Shown here: piece after piece, positions 7,812-18,106 of the stretch
How positions within the stretch are numbered: position 1 is the first letter of the stretch
How the letters are laid out: each line of letters begins with the position of its first letter
Assembly (NCBI GenBank): GCA_043745805.1
Contig: JAYTSD010000045.1
Location: 134,081-198,080, forward strand
Source: Fibrobacteria bacterium
GTDB taxonomy: Bacteria > Fibrobacterota > Fibrobacteria > UBA11236
DNA length: 64,000 nt
Direction: 5' to 3'
Made by a program: the position numbers and the translations under genes
The notes under the pieces: model-generated
The model's input: only the letters and a program-made list of their open reading frames with translations
Told to the model about the DNA's origin: nothing
Databases searched by the model: none

Positions 7812-9257
7812 ATGAGTTATAAAGCAGCTCCAAAGCATTATGATTTTGTAATAATCGGTAGCGGCCCTGCAGGCCATGCGGCAGCTATTTGCGCAGCGAA
7901 GGCGGGAGTGAAAACGGCCATTATTGATAGACGCGAGCAGCGTGGTGGCGTGTGTTTACATGCAGGTACCATACCGAGTAAAACTTTACGTGAAGCGGTG
8001 ATGCATTTGCGTGGCGTGCGTTTGCGATCTTTTTATAAAGAAAAAATGAGTGGGCAAGGTCAAATTACTTTGGAAGATTTGCATGTGCGTATTGATAAGG
8101 TTTTAGCGCAACAAATGGATGTGCTGGATCATCAATTGCGTCGCAATGGCGTAGATATTTATTATGGTCAGGCTGAGTTTGAAGATGGCCATACATTGCG
8201 TTTAACCACCTTGGAAGACGGCGAAGTAGGACGCTTACAAGCCGGTAAAATTTTGGTTTGTACTGGCACGGTGCCGCGTCGCCCACCGGAAATCCCTTTT
8301 GATCAAGAAGTTATTTTCGATAGTAATTTTCTTTTTTCTTCCAAAAATAAACGCCTCAATTTGCCTGAGTCCTTAATTATTGTGGGTGCCGGAGTAATAG
8401 GGACCGAGTATGCCAGCATTTTTGGATCGCTCGGTTGCAAAGTTTGGTTGGTGGATCAACGCGATGAATTATTTCGTTTTGTGGATGATGAAATCGCTTT
8501 GCATCTCAGTAAGGATTTGCAAAATGAAGGCGTAGAATTACGCATGGGACATAAAATTGGAAAAATTTCTCGCAGTCCCTCCGGCCAAGCGCGCTTGGAA
8601 TTAGACGGTGGGGAAGTGATTGAAGCCGATGTGCTCGCTTATACCATGGGCCGCACGGCTTGTGTGGAACCCTTACATTTGGAACGCGTAGGCGTTGTGC
8701 TTACTAAACATGGCACGGTGGAAGTGAATGAAACTTTGCAAACAGGACATCCCGATATTTATGCCGCAGGCGATGTGATTGGCTTCCCCGCTTTGGCTTC
8801 CACGAGTTCTAGTCAAGGGATTATTGCCGCGCAAGATGCTTTAGGCTTGCCTGCGCCTACCAAAGCCACGATTTTTCCTTTTGCGATTTATTCCATACCG
8901 GAAATTGCCATGGTTGGTAAAATGGAACGTGAATTGGTCGCAGATAAAATTCCTTTTGCTAAAGGCGTTACGCTTTATCGAGAAAACCCCAAAGCAGCAA
9001 TTATTGGCGATGAAACCGGCGCGGTGAAAATTCTTTTTTGTCCAGACACACATAAAATTTTTGGTATTCATATTATTGGAGACTTGGCTTCGGAATTAAT
9101 TCATATCGGTTTAATGGTAATGAGTTTGGATGGCACGGTGGATACTTTTGTGAATAATGTATTCAATTATCCCACTTTAGCTTCCGCATATAAAATGGCT
9201 GCACGCAATGGCTTAAATAGTTTGGAAGGAAAGAATACCACAAGGGATATTAGCTAA
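7812..9257 (+). CDS. sthA: soluble (Si-specific) pyridine nucleotide transhydrogenase
   Basis: GSGPAG FAD motif; GGVCLHAGTIPSK (single Cys, no redox disulfide); GAGVIGTEYA; VFNYPTL. Confidence 0.9.
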   Translation: MSYKAAPKHYDFVIIGSGPAGHAAAICAAKAGVKTAIIDRREQRGGVCLHAGTIPSKTLREAVMHLRGVRLRSFYKEKMSGQGQITLEDLHVRIDKVLAQQMDVLDHQLRRNGVDIYYGQAEFEDGHTLRLTTLEDGEVGRLQAGKILVCTGTVPRRPPEIPFDQEVIFDSNFLFSSKNKRLNLPESLIIVGAGVIGTEYASIFGSLGCKVWLVDQRDELFRFVDDEIALHLSKDLQNEGVELRMGHKIGKISRSPSGQARLELDGGEVIEADVLAYTMGRTACVEPLHLERVGVVLTKHGTVEVNETLQTGHPDIYAAGDVIGFPALASTSSSQGIIAAQDALGLPAPTKATIFPFAIYSIPEIAMVGKMERELVADKIPFAKGVTLYRENPKAAIIGDETGAVKILFCPDTHKIFGIHIIGDLASELIHIGLMVMSLDGTVDTFVNNVFNYPTLASAYKMAARNGLNSLEGKNTTRDIS

Positions 9258-9320
9258 GGATAATGATTTCGCTTTTAAATAGTTGTTCCTAATTTGGCCT
9301 AAAGTATTTATATTAAGCAA

Positions 9321-9443
9321 GCTCATCCTGTGAGGTTTAGGCCTCACGCAATGAATGCGAGCAGAATTCCGCCAGGACGAAAGTAGCAACGGTACGCATC
9401 AATTTCATGTGCCGTGTCAAAGCTTAAAAGTAGCAGGGTGAGT
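9321..9443 (+). ncRNA. ffs: signal recognition particle RNA (small bacterial SRP, 4.5S type)
   Basis: Helix-8 motif GCCAGG-AC-GAAA-GT-AGCA at 9371-9388. Terminal stem GCTCATCCTG/CAGGGTGAGT followed by a T run. TATATT -10 at 9309. Confidence 0.88.
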
Positions 9444-9445
9444 TT

Positions 9446-9994
9446 TTATTTACTGAGCGAGATGCCAGTTAAAGCCGCGAATTCTTCCAAAGACAATAAA
9501 GTATCTTCTGCATCCATTCTTTCGGAATATAAAATGCCTTCTAAATGATCGTATTCATGTTGGAATATGCGGGCAATAAAATCATGATAAGTGGTATGAA
9601 TTTCTTCGCCATGGCGTGTGGTAAAAGTCACTTCAATTTCCGTATGCCGAGGCACTAAGCCGCGATAACCCGGAATGCTTAAGCAACCTTCCCAGTCTTT
9701 ATGAATTTCCCCTGCTTGGCGAATAATATGCGGATTAATAATAGCCATAGGTTCCATAGTGGGACTATCGGGATAACGTGAACTGGGTTTGGGCGCAAGA
9801 ATAAAAACTCTTAATGAATTTCCTACTTGCGGTGCGGCAATGCCGACACCCATATTTTCATCACCACTACGAATAAGTTCGTCAATAAAATTTTGGAATT
9901 CGGGATCGGTATAAACTTCTACAGCCTTAGCCTTTTGTTTTAAAACTTCGGCGCCACGGGTGTATATGGGGAGTGATGGTTTTGCTGATTCCAT
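9446..9994 (-). CDS. def: peptide deformylase
   Basis: GVGIAAPQVG, EGCLS and QHEYDHLEG motifs. Confidence 0.95.
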   Translation of the reverse strand: MESAKPSLPIYTRGAEVLKQKAKAVEVYTDPEFQNFIDELIRSGDENMGVGIAAPQVGNSLRVFILAPKPSSRYPDSPTMEPMAIINPHIIRQAGEIHKDWEGCLSIPGYRGLVPRHTEIEVTFTTRHGEEIHTTYHDFIARIFQHEYDHLEGILYSERMDAEDTLLSLEEFAALTGISLSK

Positions 9995-10110
9995 GAAATA
10001 ATGATAATTGATTTTTTTTGCGTGGGCTAGTAGGAATATGCATTGAACAAGGTAACAATTCCCCGGTTACCACCCGAACTCTGGGGAACGTCCAAATATT
10101 ATTATGCTCA

Positions 10111-10147
10111 TTAAAGCCCCTAAATACTATACTCTAGGGGGCTTTAA
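10111..10147. repeat. inverted repeat in the def / MFS divergent promoter region
   Basis: TTAAAGCCCC(TA)...(TAG)GGGGCTTTAA; a second weaker TTCCCC..GGGGAA stem lies at 10059-10088. Confidence 0.5.
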
Positions 10148-10175
10148 AAACCGAGTGATGTGGAGAACTTAAAGC

Positions 10176-12038
10176 ATGTTTAAACTTTTAATTCAAAAAC
10201 GATTCGGACCTTTTTTTGGTGTGCAATTCTTAGGCGCATTAAATGACAACCTGTTTAAAAACACCATGGTTATTCTGATAGCCTTCCGAGCGGCCACCGA
10301 GGCGGAATCGGGCATGTTGATTAATTTAGCGGCGGGATTATTTATTCTCCCATTTTTTCTTTTTTCAGCGGTTGCAGGTCAAATTTCCGATAAGTTTGAG
10401 AAGTCTGCTATTATGCGCATGATTAAGGCAGCGGAAATTGGAATTATGTTCATTGGTGCCGTGGGTTTTTATACCGGCCATACGGCGCTTTTATTTGTGA
10501 CGCTTTTTTTAATGGGCGTGCATTCTGCATTTTTCGGTCCGGCCAAATACAGTATTCTTCCTCAGCATCTTGAAGAGCGTGAATTGACCAATGGCAATGC
10601 CTTGGTGGAGCTGGGAACATTTTTAGCCATACTCATAGGTACTTTAGCCGGTGGACTTTTGGCAGGTAAGCAAAATGTAATGGCCATATCAGCTTCCATT
10701 ATGGGCGTGGCTATTGTGGGTTATTTAGTATCCCGAAAAATCCCTCTTGCGCCGGCTATGGATCCCAAACTAAAACTGAATTGGAATTTATTCAGTGAAA
10801 TGGCTTCGCTCACGCGCATCATCAAAAAAAAGGATTCCATTTTTAATTCCATTTTGGGTATTTCTTGGTTCTGGTTTTTTGGAGCCACCTTATTAGCGCA
10901 ATTGCCAAATTTTACGCGACATATGCTGCAAGGTAATGAATCCGTAGTAACCGTTTTGTTGGCCGTATTTTCTGTTTCAGTGGGAATCGGCTCCGTAGTT
11001 TGCGCCAAACTTTCACGTGGAGAAATTGAACTGGGACTCGTTCCCTTGGGCGCATTAGGCATGACATTTTTCCTCGCTGATCTTTCCTTTATTAATTATC
11101 CACCCAGCGCCGAAATCTTAATGGGTGTGAAAGCCTTATTCTCTGGGCCTTATGCAGGCGCGGGCATTCGCGCGATGGTGGATTTGGGCATGGTGGGGAT
11201 ATTCGGCAGTTTATTTATTGTTCCATTGTATGCTTTGATTCAACATCGGTCGGATGAAGAAACTCGCTCACGCGTGATTGCCGCCAATAATATTTTTAAT
11301 GCAGTGTTCATGGTTGTTTCCGCATTAATCACCATGTTACTTTTTAAAATTGGTTTCAATACTGTGCAAATCCTTTTATTTACCGCCATTTTGAATTTGG
11401 TTGTGAGCGCTTATATTTTTCTTTTGATTCCTGAATTTGCTATGCGCTTTGTGGTGTGGATTTTAGCGAGTACTATTTATCGAATAAGTTATAGCCAGCG
11501 ATCGAATATACCACGCCATGGGCCTGCGGTAATTGTCTGTAATCATGTTAGCTTTATTGATTGGTTTGTCATCACAGCGGCATGCCGTCGTCCCGTGCAT
11601 TTCGTGATGGATAATAGCATGTTTAAAAATCCCGTGTTGGGTATTTTTTTCCGTCTCTCTAAAGCCATTCCTATTGCTTCCGCCAAAGAAGATCCGGCGG
11701 TTAAAGAAAAAGCTTTCGAATTGATTTCGAGAGAGTTAAAAAATGAAAATCTCGTTTGCATTTTCCCCGAAGGAAAAATCACGCATGATGGAAACATGAA
11801 TATTTTTCGTCCTGGCGTAGAACGTATTTTGACTCAAGATGCTGTTCCTGTCTTGCCTATGGCTATTCAGGGATTATGGGGAAGTTTCTTCAGTCGCAAG
11901 CGGGGACATGCGATGTCGGGCCTCCCTAAACCCACAAGACGCAATTTAACCATTGCCATTGGCACTCCATTAACACCACTTACAAAAGCCTCGGAGATGG
12001 AAGTAACCGTTAAACAATTATTGCAGTCCATAGCATGA
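10176..12038 (+). CDS. MFS transporter (LplT-like) fused to a PlsC-type acyltransferase
   Basis: About 12 TM MFS domain (GALNDNLFK, AFFGPAKY); C-terminal NHVSFID (HxxxxD) and FPEG motifs. Confidence 0.9.
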   Translation: MFKLLIQKRFGPFFGVQFLGALNDNLFKNTMVILIAFRAATEAESGMLINLAAGLFILPFFLFSAVAGQISDKFEKSAIMRMIKAAEIGIMFIGAVGFYTGHTALLFVTLFLMGVHSAFFGPAKYSILPQHLEERELTNGNALVELGTFLAILIGTLAGGLLAGKQNVMAISASIMGVAIVGYLVSRKIPLAPAMDPKLKLNWNLFSEMASLTRIIKKKDSIFNSILGISWFWFFGATLLAQLPNFTRHMLQGNESVVTVLLAVFSVSVGIGSVVCAKLSRGEIELGLVPLGALGMTFFLADLSFINYPPSAEILMGVKALFSGPYAGAGIRAMVDLGMVGIFGSLFIVPLYALIQHRSDEETRSRVIAANNIFNAVFMVVSALITMLLFKIGFNTVQILLFTAILNLVVSAYIFLLIPEFAMRFVVWILASTIYRISYSQRSNIPRHGPAVIVCNHVSFIDWFVITAACRRPVHFVMDNSMFKNPVLGIFFRLSKAIPIASAKEDPAVKEKAFELISRELKNENLVCIFPEGKITHDGNMNIFRPGVERILTQDAVPVLPMAIQGLWGSFFSRKRGHAMSGLPKPTRRNLTIAIGTPLTPLTKASEMEVTVKQLLQSIA

Positions 12039-13171
12039 AACAAATTAAACCTATGAAACCTATACAACACATTAAATTTTTCCTTCGCAGCATTTTAATT
12101 TTAGGTGCAATTCATGGCGTGCAAGCAAAAGCGCCAGCCACTCCTCAAAGCTGGGCTTTTGTACCGATTTTAATTTCTAATGCAGAAACCGGTGTGCAAG
12201 CAGGCGCGCTGGTTATGCACTTTTTAAATCCCTCCGATAGCTTAAATAAACCCTCTACTATTGGTTTTGCGGCAAGGATTTCCCAAAAGGCACAGATAGA
12301 AATAAATTTTTTTCCGGAATTGTATTTACAACAAAACCTTTATCATATCACGTCCAATCTTAAGTATATCCGTTGGCCCGCCGATTTTTATGGCATAGGA
12401 AATGGCACGGATATTCTCAAGGATAGTGCGGACGCTTATTTGGCACAAGGAGTAGATGGGGATTTAACCCTAGAGCGCACATGGTTTAAAAATTTTTCGG
12501 CAGGACCGCAATTACTAGCAAAGTATGAATTTATTAATCCCAAAGGCAAGCATGGTTTATTAACACCCAATGTGCAAGGGCAAGAAGGCGGCACAACGGC
12601 TGGGCTCGGAATGGTGATGACTTATGATGCCCGTGATGCGATTTATTGGGCGCGACAAGGAACTTTTTTGCGATTTAAAAATGCCTATTATCGCAATGCT
12701 ATGGGCAGTGATTTTGATTATGAAAGTTATACTTTAGAAGCGCGGCAATTCATTCCTATGTTCTCAACCGGCGCATTGGGTGTGTCCGCATTATTGAATT
12801 TAAAGTCAGGTGATATTCCCTTTCGTGAATTGGCGACCGCAGATGGCGATCATAATTTGCGAGGTATTGTGCGCGGAAAATATCGCGATAGAGATTTATT
12901 AGTGTTACAGGCAGAGTATAAAAGTTATTTATCGGATTATAGTTGGATCAGTCATCCTTGGTTTAAGAATCGTTTGGGTTACGCGGTATTTGCGGAAGTC
13001 GGTCAAGTGGCGCATCGAGTAGAGGATATGGATTGGAAAGAGTTTCGTCCCGATTTTGGATTAGGATTACGCTATGCACTGAACCCTTCGCAACGCATGA
13101 ATATCCGCATCGATTTAGGTTTTGTCGACGGCAGTGTGGCTCCCGCTATTAATATCAAAGAAGCGTTTTAA
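12035..13171 (+). CDS. Omp85/BamA-TamA family outer-membrane beta-barrel, no POTRA domains evident
   Basis: Signal peptide; YDARD, LRG..GKYRD, G.GLRY and RIDLG motifs; terminal EAF. ATGA overlap with the upstream gene. Confidence 0.8.
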   Translation: MKQIKPMKPIQHIKFFLRSILILGAIHGVQAKAPATPQSWAFVPILISNAETGVQAGALVMHFLNPSDSLNKPSTIGFAARISQKAQIEINFFPELYLQQNLYHITSNLKYIRWPADFYGIGNGTDILKDSADAYLAQGVDGDLTLERTWFKNFSAGPQLLAKYEFINPKGKHGLLTPNVQGQEGGTTAGLGMVMTYDARDAIYWARQGTFLRFKNAYYRNAMGSDFDYESYTLEARQFIPMFSTGALGVSALLNLKSGDIPFRELATADGDHNLRGIVRGKYRDRDLLVLQAEYKSYLSDYSWISHPWFKNRLGYAVFAEVGQVAHRVEDMDWKEFRPDFGLGLRYALNPSQRMNIRIDLGFVDGSVAPAINIKEAF

Positions 13172-13175
13172 AATA

Positions 13176-14228
13176 TTAAAGCAAAGCATACTCTGGCAAA
13201 GGTCGCACACCCAAGCCGGGGTCATCATTGGGAATTAATAAACCTTGTTTAAAGTTTAACCCCGTAAAAGGATCGTCCTTCAATAGCCAAGCGCCATCCA
13301 AATCCGCATATTCCGCTTTCTGAGCCAATACCGAACCCGCAGCAATTAATACACTGGACTCCAACATACAGCCCACCATCACTTTTAAATGAAGGCGTTG
13401 TGCGGCATTGAGCAAGCGTAAAGCGGGCGTGATGCCCCCGCACTTAACCAGTTTCAAAACCAGTCCATCAAAATGACCGACCAACTTTTCCACATCCTCT
13501 TCCACGATGCAACTTTCATCGGCAAAAATGGGGAAGGGCGCATACTTTTTTAAAGTCGGCATTTCGGCATCAAATTGTGGGAGCAAAGGTTGTTCGAGCA
13601 ATTCAATTTTAAAAGGGGCGAGGGCTTGTATTTTTTGTGTCCAATCTTCTGTGGATCCCGATAACCAAGAGCCATTCGCATCGAGTCGAATATGTGCCGA
13701 ACCCATAGCTGCAATGGCTTGTAGTGCGTTTATATCATGCGCGGCATCCATTTTCACTTTAATGGCAGGGAAATCTTTCAGCTCCGCAAATTTTTCCGCG
13801 AGTTCTGATTTTTCACTTAAGCCTAAAGTGCAGGAGGTGGTAAACGGTTTGGCGGCTTCCCCCCAAATTAAACGTGCCACACTTTTGTCGCGCAGTTTAC
13901 CCCATAAATCCCACAGAGCAATATCAATAGCACATTGCGTAGCGCGGGAAGGCGCCACCATGGGCCAAACTTCATTCCAAATACGAGAAATATCTTCGCG
14001 ATGATTAATGGTTTGCTGTTTAAAATAATCTTGCAAGCCGCATAGCCGCATATAAATTTCATTTGCCTCTTCGCCATAAAAAGCGCTGGGCGAGGCCTCG
14101 CCGTAACCACGCAAGCCATTTTGTTCTACAATCAAAAACACATTACGCACTAGCGGACGTGTAGCATGCGCTAAACGAAAGACATGACGCGGGTGTAAAT
14201 CATGTACAATCGGAAATATTTGTATCAT
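13176..14228 (-). CDS. dipeptide (L-Ala-D/L-Glu) epimerase, enolase superfamily
   Basis: KVK, DAN, EQP, ADES, KLVKCGG, GCMLES and DLDG motifs. Confidence 0.9.
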   Translation of the reverse strand: MIQIFPIVHDLHPRHVFRLAHATRPLVRNVFLIVEQNGLRGYGEASPSAFYGEEANEIYMRLCGLQDYFKQQTINHREDISRIWNEVWPMVAPSRATQCAIDIALWDLWGKLRDKSVARLIWGEAAKPFTTSCTLGLSEKSELAEKFAELKDFPAIKVKMDAAHDINALQAIAAMGSAHIRLDANGSWLSGSTEDWTQKIQALAPFKIELLEQPLLPQFDAEMPTLKKYAPFPIFADESCIVEEDVEKLVGHFDGLVLKLVKCGGITPALRLLNAAQRLHLKVMVGCMLESSVLIAAGSVLAQKAEYADLDGAWLLKDDPFTGLNFKQGLLIPNDDPGLGVRPLPEYALL

Positions 14229-14286
14229 AAGAGATTCCGAATCATTTTATGCAAAACTAGTTTCAACCTTTTGATTTTACTATGAT

Positions 14287-15195
14287 ATGATTTTTAATAT
14301 GCTAGAACGAGTTTTGGGTCAATCCGTATTGGGAGCGCCGCTCCGAGTTTGTTTTAATTTCGATCCCCAAGATTTTTCTGCAGTAAATTTAAGCTCTCCT
14401 TTAACTTTATTAATTGGCGGCACGCATGGAGATGAAAAAGCCACCGTACAGCTATTGGAAAATTATATCGTTAAGCTCACCGACGCGCATTCAGCTCATA
14501 CCCAAACTCTGCCACCTATTCCACCACTCGCCATCATTCCCTTACTAAATCCCGATGGCTATGCGCAAAATACGCGTTATAATGCACGTGGCGTGGATCT
14601 TAATCGCAATTTTACCCATAGCTGGTCTGCCGATAGTGAAGAACCCTCGGGTTCGCATCCACTTTCTGAGCCGGAATCCAAATTTTTACATGATTTTATT
14701 TTGCAATATCGCCCGAGTAAAATTGTGAGCTTGCATTGGGCCTTAGCGGAAATCGAAGCCGACGGGGCGCATAGCCATGCATTAGCCAAGGCTTTATGGA
14801 ATAGTCTTTCTGCAGAAGAACAAAAACCTTATCGTTTACGTTTGCCAATGCCTAAGCCGAATGAATCGGTTGCTTTAACGCCAGGATCCTTGGGGAGTTG
14901 GATAGGTTATCATTTAAATTATGCAGAGGCGCTTGGTCAGGATAGGGATCGGAATACGGTGCAAAATACAGATCACACTATGGCTAACAAGGCTCATACT
15001 AGGCCGGCTATGGTAACTTTGGAATTACCTTATAACCCTCACATCACAAGGCCAAAAATTTTACCAGAATCCCATTGGGAAGAAGTGCAAATGCTTTGGA
15101 AAAATGCTCCCGATACTTATTTACAAGGCGTAGAAAGTGGTGTGCATAAAATGTTACAGGCGGCGGTAATGCATAATAGTCAGGCGCAACTGTGA
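14287..15195 (+). CDS. mpaA: M14 zinc carboxypeptidase, murein peptide amidase A-like
   Basis: GGTHGDE, NPDG, RYNARGVDLNRNF, SEPE, SLH and TLELP motifs; divergent from the Ala-Glu epimerase. Confidence 0.7.
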   Translation: MIFNMLERVLGQSVLGAPLRVCFNFDPQDFSAVNLSSPLTLLIGGTHGDEKATVQLLENYIVKLTDAHSAHTQTLPPIPPLAIIPLLNPDGYAQNTRYNARGVDLNRNFTHSWSADSEEPSGSHPLSEPESKFLHDFILQYRPSKIVSLHWALAEIEADGAHSHALAKALWNSLSAEEQKPYRLRLPMPKPNESVALTPGSLGSWIGYHLNYAEALGQDRDRNTVQNTDHTMANKAHTRPAMVTLELPYNPHITRPKILPESHWEEVQMLWKNAPDTYLQGVESGVHKMLQAAVMHNSQAQL

Positions 15196-16346
15196 AAATA
15201 TTAATTTGCCCATTGGATTGGGGTTTGGGTCATGCCACGCGTTGTATTCCTATTATTCGAGCCTTGCAAGCGTGTGGACATGAAGTGCAAATTGGTGCGG
15301 CGGGTTTAAGTTTAAAGCTGTTGCAAAAAGAATTTCCCCATTTAGCGATCAAAGAATTTTCGGGTTATAATATTCGCTATGCAAATTCGCCGCATTTATT
15401 ATTGCCCTATTTAGCTTGGCAATTTCCAACTTTACTGTGGCGTATTTATCAAGAACGAAAAACTTTGCGCGCTTGGGTTAAACAAGAAAAAATTGAATGT
15501 GTAATTTCCGATAATCGTTATGGTTTATATCACAATAAAATTCCCAGCATTTATATCACGCATCAGCTTTATGTAAAGGCTCCGCAAATAGGTTTGGGTT
15601 TACAAAAAATCGTGGAACAAATGGTATTCGCCGCACAATGGTTTTTTCTGCGACGCTATCATGAAATTTGGGTGCCCGATTATACTGGATCGAAAAATTT
15701 ATCCGGTGCTTTAAGCCATGGCAAAAAGGTTTTACCGCAGGTGTATTATATTGGTCCTTTATCACGATTTACAACGGATAGAAATGCTGAAATAAAAACC
15801 GAAAATTTATCCGAGGATTCATCCAAGGTAATAGCTTTTCTCGCGGTAATTAGCGGCGTGGAGCCGCAACGCAGCCGCTTAGAAAAAATCCTCCGAGAAC
15901 AAATGTCAAGATTATCGGGAACGCGTGTTTTAGTGCAAGGCTTACCCGGAATTAAAACGCAATTTTCTCCGCAAGAAAATACCTTAACCATTTATCCTCA
16001 TCTCGAAGGCGCTTTATTAGAAAAAGCTTTACGCTCTGCGGAAGTGGTAATTACACGCTCCGGTTATTCCACTTTAATGGAGTTGGCGGCACTGCAAAAA
16101 AAACAAGTGATATTAATTCCCACACCGCAGCAAACCGAACAAGAATATTTGGCGCGTATTTTAGAGGAACAGGGCATAGCGAAAGCCGAAGTGCAAGAAG
16201 CTTTAGATTTAGAAAATGCCTTAGCAAGCTTACCGCATTATAAAGGCTTTGGGGAATTGCAAAAATCCATGGGTGAATCGGAGGGATTGCTAAAGTTTAT
16301 CCAAGAACATAAACTTTTAAACACTATAAAATCAGCTAAAGAATAA
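15192..16346 (+). CDS. GT-B glycosyltransferase (GT28/GT1-like)
   Basis: WGLGHATR, RSGYSTLME and PTPQQTEQ motifs. Confidence 0.85.
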   Translation: MKILICPLDWGLGHATRCIPIIRALQACGHEVQIGAAGLSLKLLQKEFPHLAIKEFSGYNIRYANSPHLLLPYLAWQFPTLLWRIYQERKTLRAWVKQEKIECVISDNRYGLYHNKIPSIYITHQLYVKAPQIGLGLQKIVEQMVFAAQWFFLRRYHEIWVPDYTGSKNLSGALSHGKKVLPQVYYIGPLSRFTTDRNAEIKTENLSEDSSKVIAFLAVISGVEPQRSRLEKILREQMSRLSGTRVLVQGLPGIKTQFSPQENTLTIYPHLEGALLEKALRSAEVVITRSGYSTLMELAALQKKQVILIPTPQQTEQEYLARILEEQGIAKAEVQEALDLENALASLPHYKGFGELQKSMGESEGLLKFIQEHKLLNTIKSAKE

Positions 16347-16357
16347 AGAGGATTACA

Positions 16358-18106
16358 GTGAAATTTTTGTCAAAGATAGGGCCAGCTCTTTTTGTTCTCG
16401 CGCTGGTTTTGCAAAATGGAATTCATGCGAGCGAGCCATTAAAAACGAATACGCAAAATCAAAACATTAGCGATAGCTTATTAATATTTTTGCGCCAACA
16501 TGCGGAACAATATTTTGCCACCTTGCAACAAGTGGATTCGATTAAGCCATATCTTATCAGTTACCGTGTAAATGATTCGAGTTATTTTGCTTTTTCAGTC
16601 AATAAAGGAGGCGTAATTGCAAATAGGCAAGGGCAGGGACGGGCGTTGCAGGTGGATGTGCGTCAAGGCAGTCATGAGTTTGATAATACCCATCCTATTC
16701 GGGATAATTTGGATTTTACCGTGTGGGGAGGCTTTCAAAATATTCCTTTACCCATGCGCTTCGATTCATTACTGTATGCGACTACCCTTAAAACCGCTAC
16801 CGATTTTGCTTATCGCTCAGCACAAGATCATTATGCAAAATTGAAAGCAAATAAAGAAGTTCGTCCGCTTGAAAATGGAGAAGGTTGGGATGATGCGCCT
16901 TCGCCGAGCATTCAAAATCAAATCAAAACCACCTTGCCTTGGGGCGAAAGAAAATCTCTCGATAGTCTGTATAAGCGTCTATTGCGGGTTTCGCAGCTCT
17001 TTGCTAATCGCGATAAACTATATGCTAGTGCCCTTGATTTTAGTTTTCAAAAAGTACAAAAGCGTTTTGTGAACACCGAAGGGACAGCAATATGGCATGA
17101 GGAAGTATTAGGCAATATTGGTATTTATGTGGAAACCAAAGCGGAGGATGGTATGGTGCTTTGGCTGAACCATAATTTCTTTTTCAAAACTTTACCGCTG
17201 GATTTTTCCGAAGACACTTTACGCGTTTACACTTTACGCATGCTTAATCAATTGGATACTTTGCGCGCGGCGCCGGTAATGGAAACCTATGTAGGTCCAG
17301 TAATTTTAGAGAATGTCGCTGCGGGAGTTTTTACCCATGAAGTATTTGGACATCGAGTAGAAGGGCATCGTCAAAAGGCGGTGGATGAAGGACAAACCTT
17401 TGTCAAAAAAGTTGGACAAACTATAAGTGCCCCTTTTATTTCCGTAGTAGATGATCCAAGCTTAGAATTTTTTAAAAATATTCCTTTGAATGGTTATTAT
17501 CGCTATGATGATGAAGGCGTTGCAGGACAAAAAGCCGAATTGATTCGCGACGGAAAGTTTAAAGGTTTTTTATTAGGGCGTTCGGTATTAGCGGAACAGG
17601 GCCCTAATAGCCAAAGCAATGGCCATGGCCGAGGATTATTAGGTTTAGCGCCAGTAGCGCGTATGGGCAATACCATTTTAACCAGTAATCAAACAGTAAC
17701 CTTTGCAGAATTAAGAAAGCGCTTAATGAAAATTCTTAAACAAAGCGGCAAACCTTTTGGTTTAATCCTGCACGATATTTCGGGCGGTTTTACGTATACG
17801 GCACGTGACTTGCCGCAATCCTTTCGTGTGGAACCTTTGTATATGTCCCAAGTGTTTGTCGATGGACGTCCTGATAGAATTGTGCGGGGTGTGGATGCGG
17901 TGGGTACGCCACTGGTGAGTTTAAAACAAATTGTAGCGGCTGGCGATGATCCCGCAGTGTTTAATGGCTACTGTGGCGCAGAGTCAGGTTGGGTGCCGGT
18001 TTCGGCGGTAGCGCCGTCACTCTTGATAGAATCTATGGAATTTGAAAGTCGTGCTAAAGATCAAAATCTTCCTCCTTTATTAAATCCTCCGGCGGTGCAG
18101 CCATGA
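16358..18106 (+). CDS. tldD: TldD family metalloprotease with N-terminal signal peptide
   Basis: HEVFGH zinc motif, YDDEG, GHGR, ARMGN and GYCGAESG.VPVS; hydrophobic N-terminus ending IHA. Confidence 0.8.
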   Translation: MKFLSKIGPALFVLALVLQNGIHASEPLKTNTQNQNISDSLLIFLRQHAEQYFATLQQVDSIKPYLISYRVNDSSYFAFSVNKGGVIANRQGQGRALQVDVRQGSHEFDNTHPIRDNLDFTVWGGFQNIPLPMRFDSLLYATTLKTATDFAYRSAQDHYAKLKANKEVRPLENGEGWDDAPSPSIQNQIKTTLPWGERKSLDSLYKRLLRVSQLFANRDKLYASALDFSFQKVQKRFVNTEGTAIWHEEVLGNIGIYVETKAEDGMVLWLNHNFFFKTLPLDFSEDTLRVYTLRMLNQLDTLRAAPVMETYVGPVILENVAAGVFTHEVFGHRVEGHRQKAVDEGQTFVKKVGQTISAPFISVVDDPSLEFFKNIPLNGYYRYDDEGVAGQKAELIRDGKFKGFLLGRSVLAEQGPNSQSNGHGRGLLGLAPVARMGNTILTSNQTVTFAELRKRLMKILKQSGKPFGLILHDISGGFTYTARDLPQSFRVEPLYMSQVFVDGRPDRIVRGVDAVGTPLVSLKQIVAAGDDPAVFNGYCGAESGWVPVSAVAPSLLIESMEFESRAKDQNLPPLLNPPAVQP

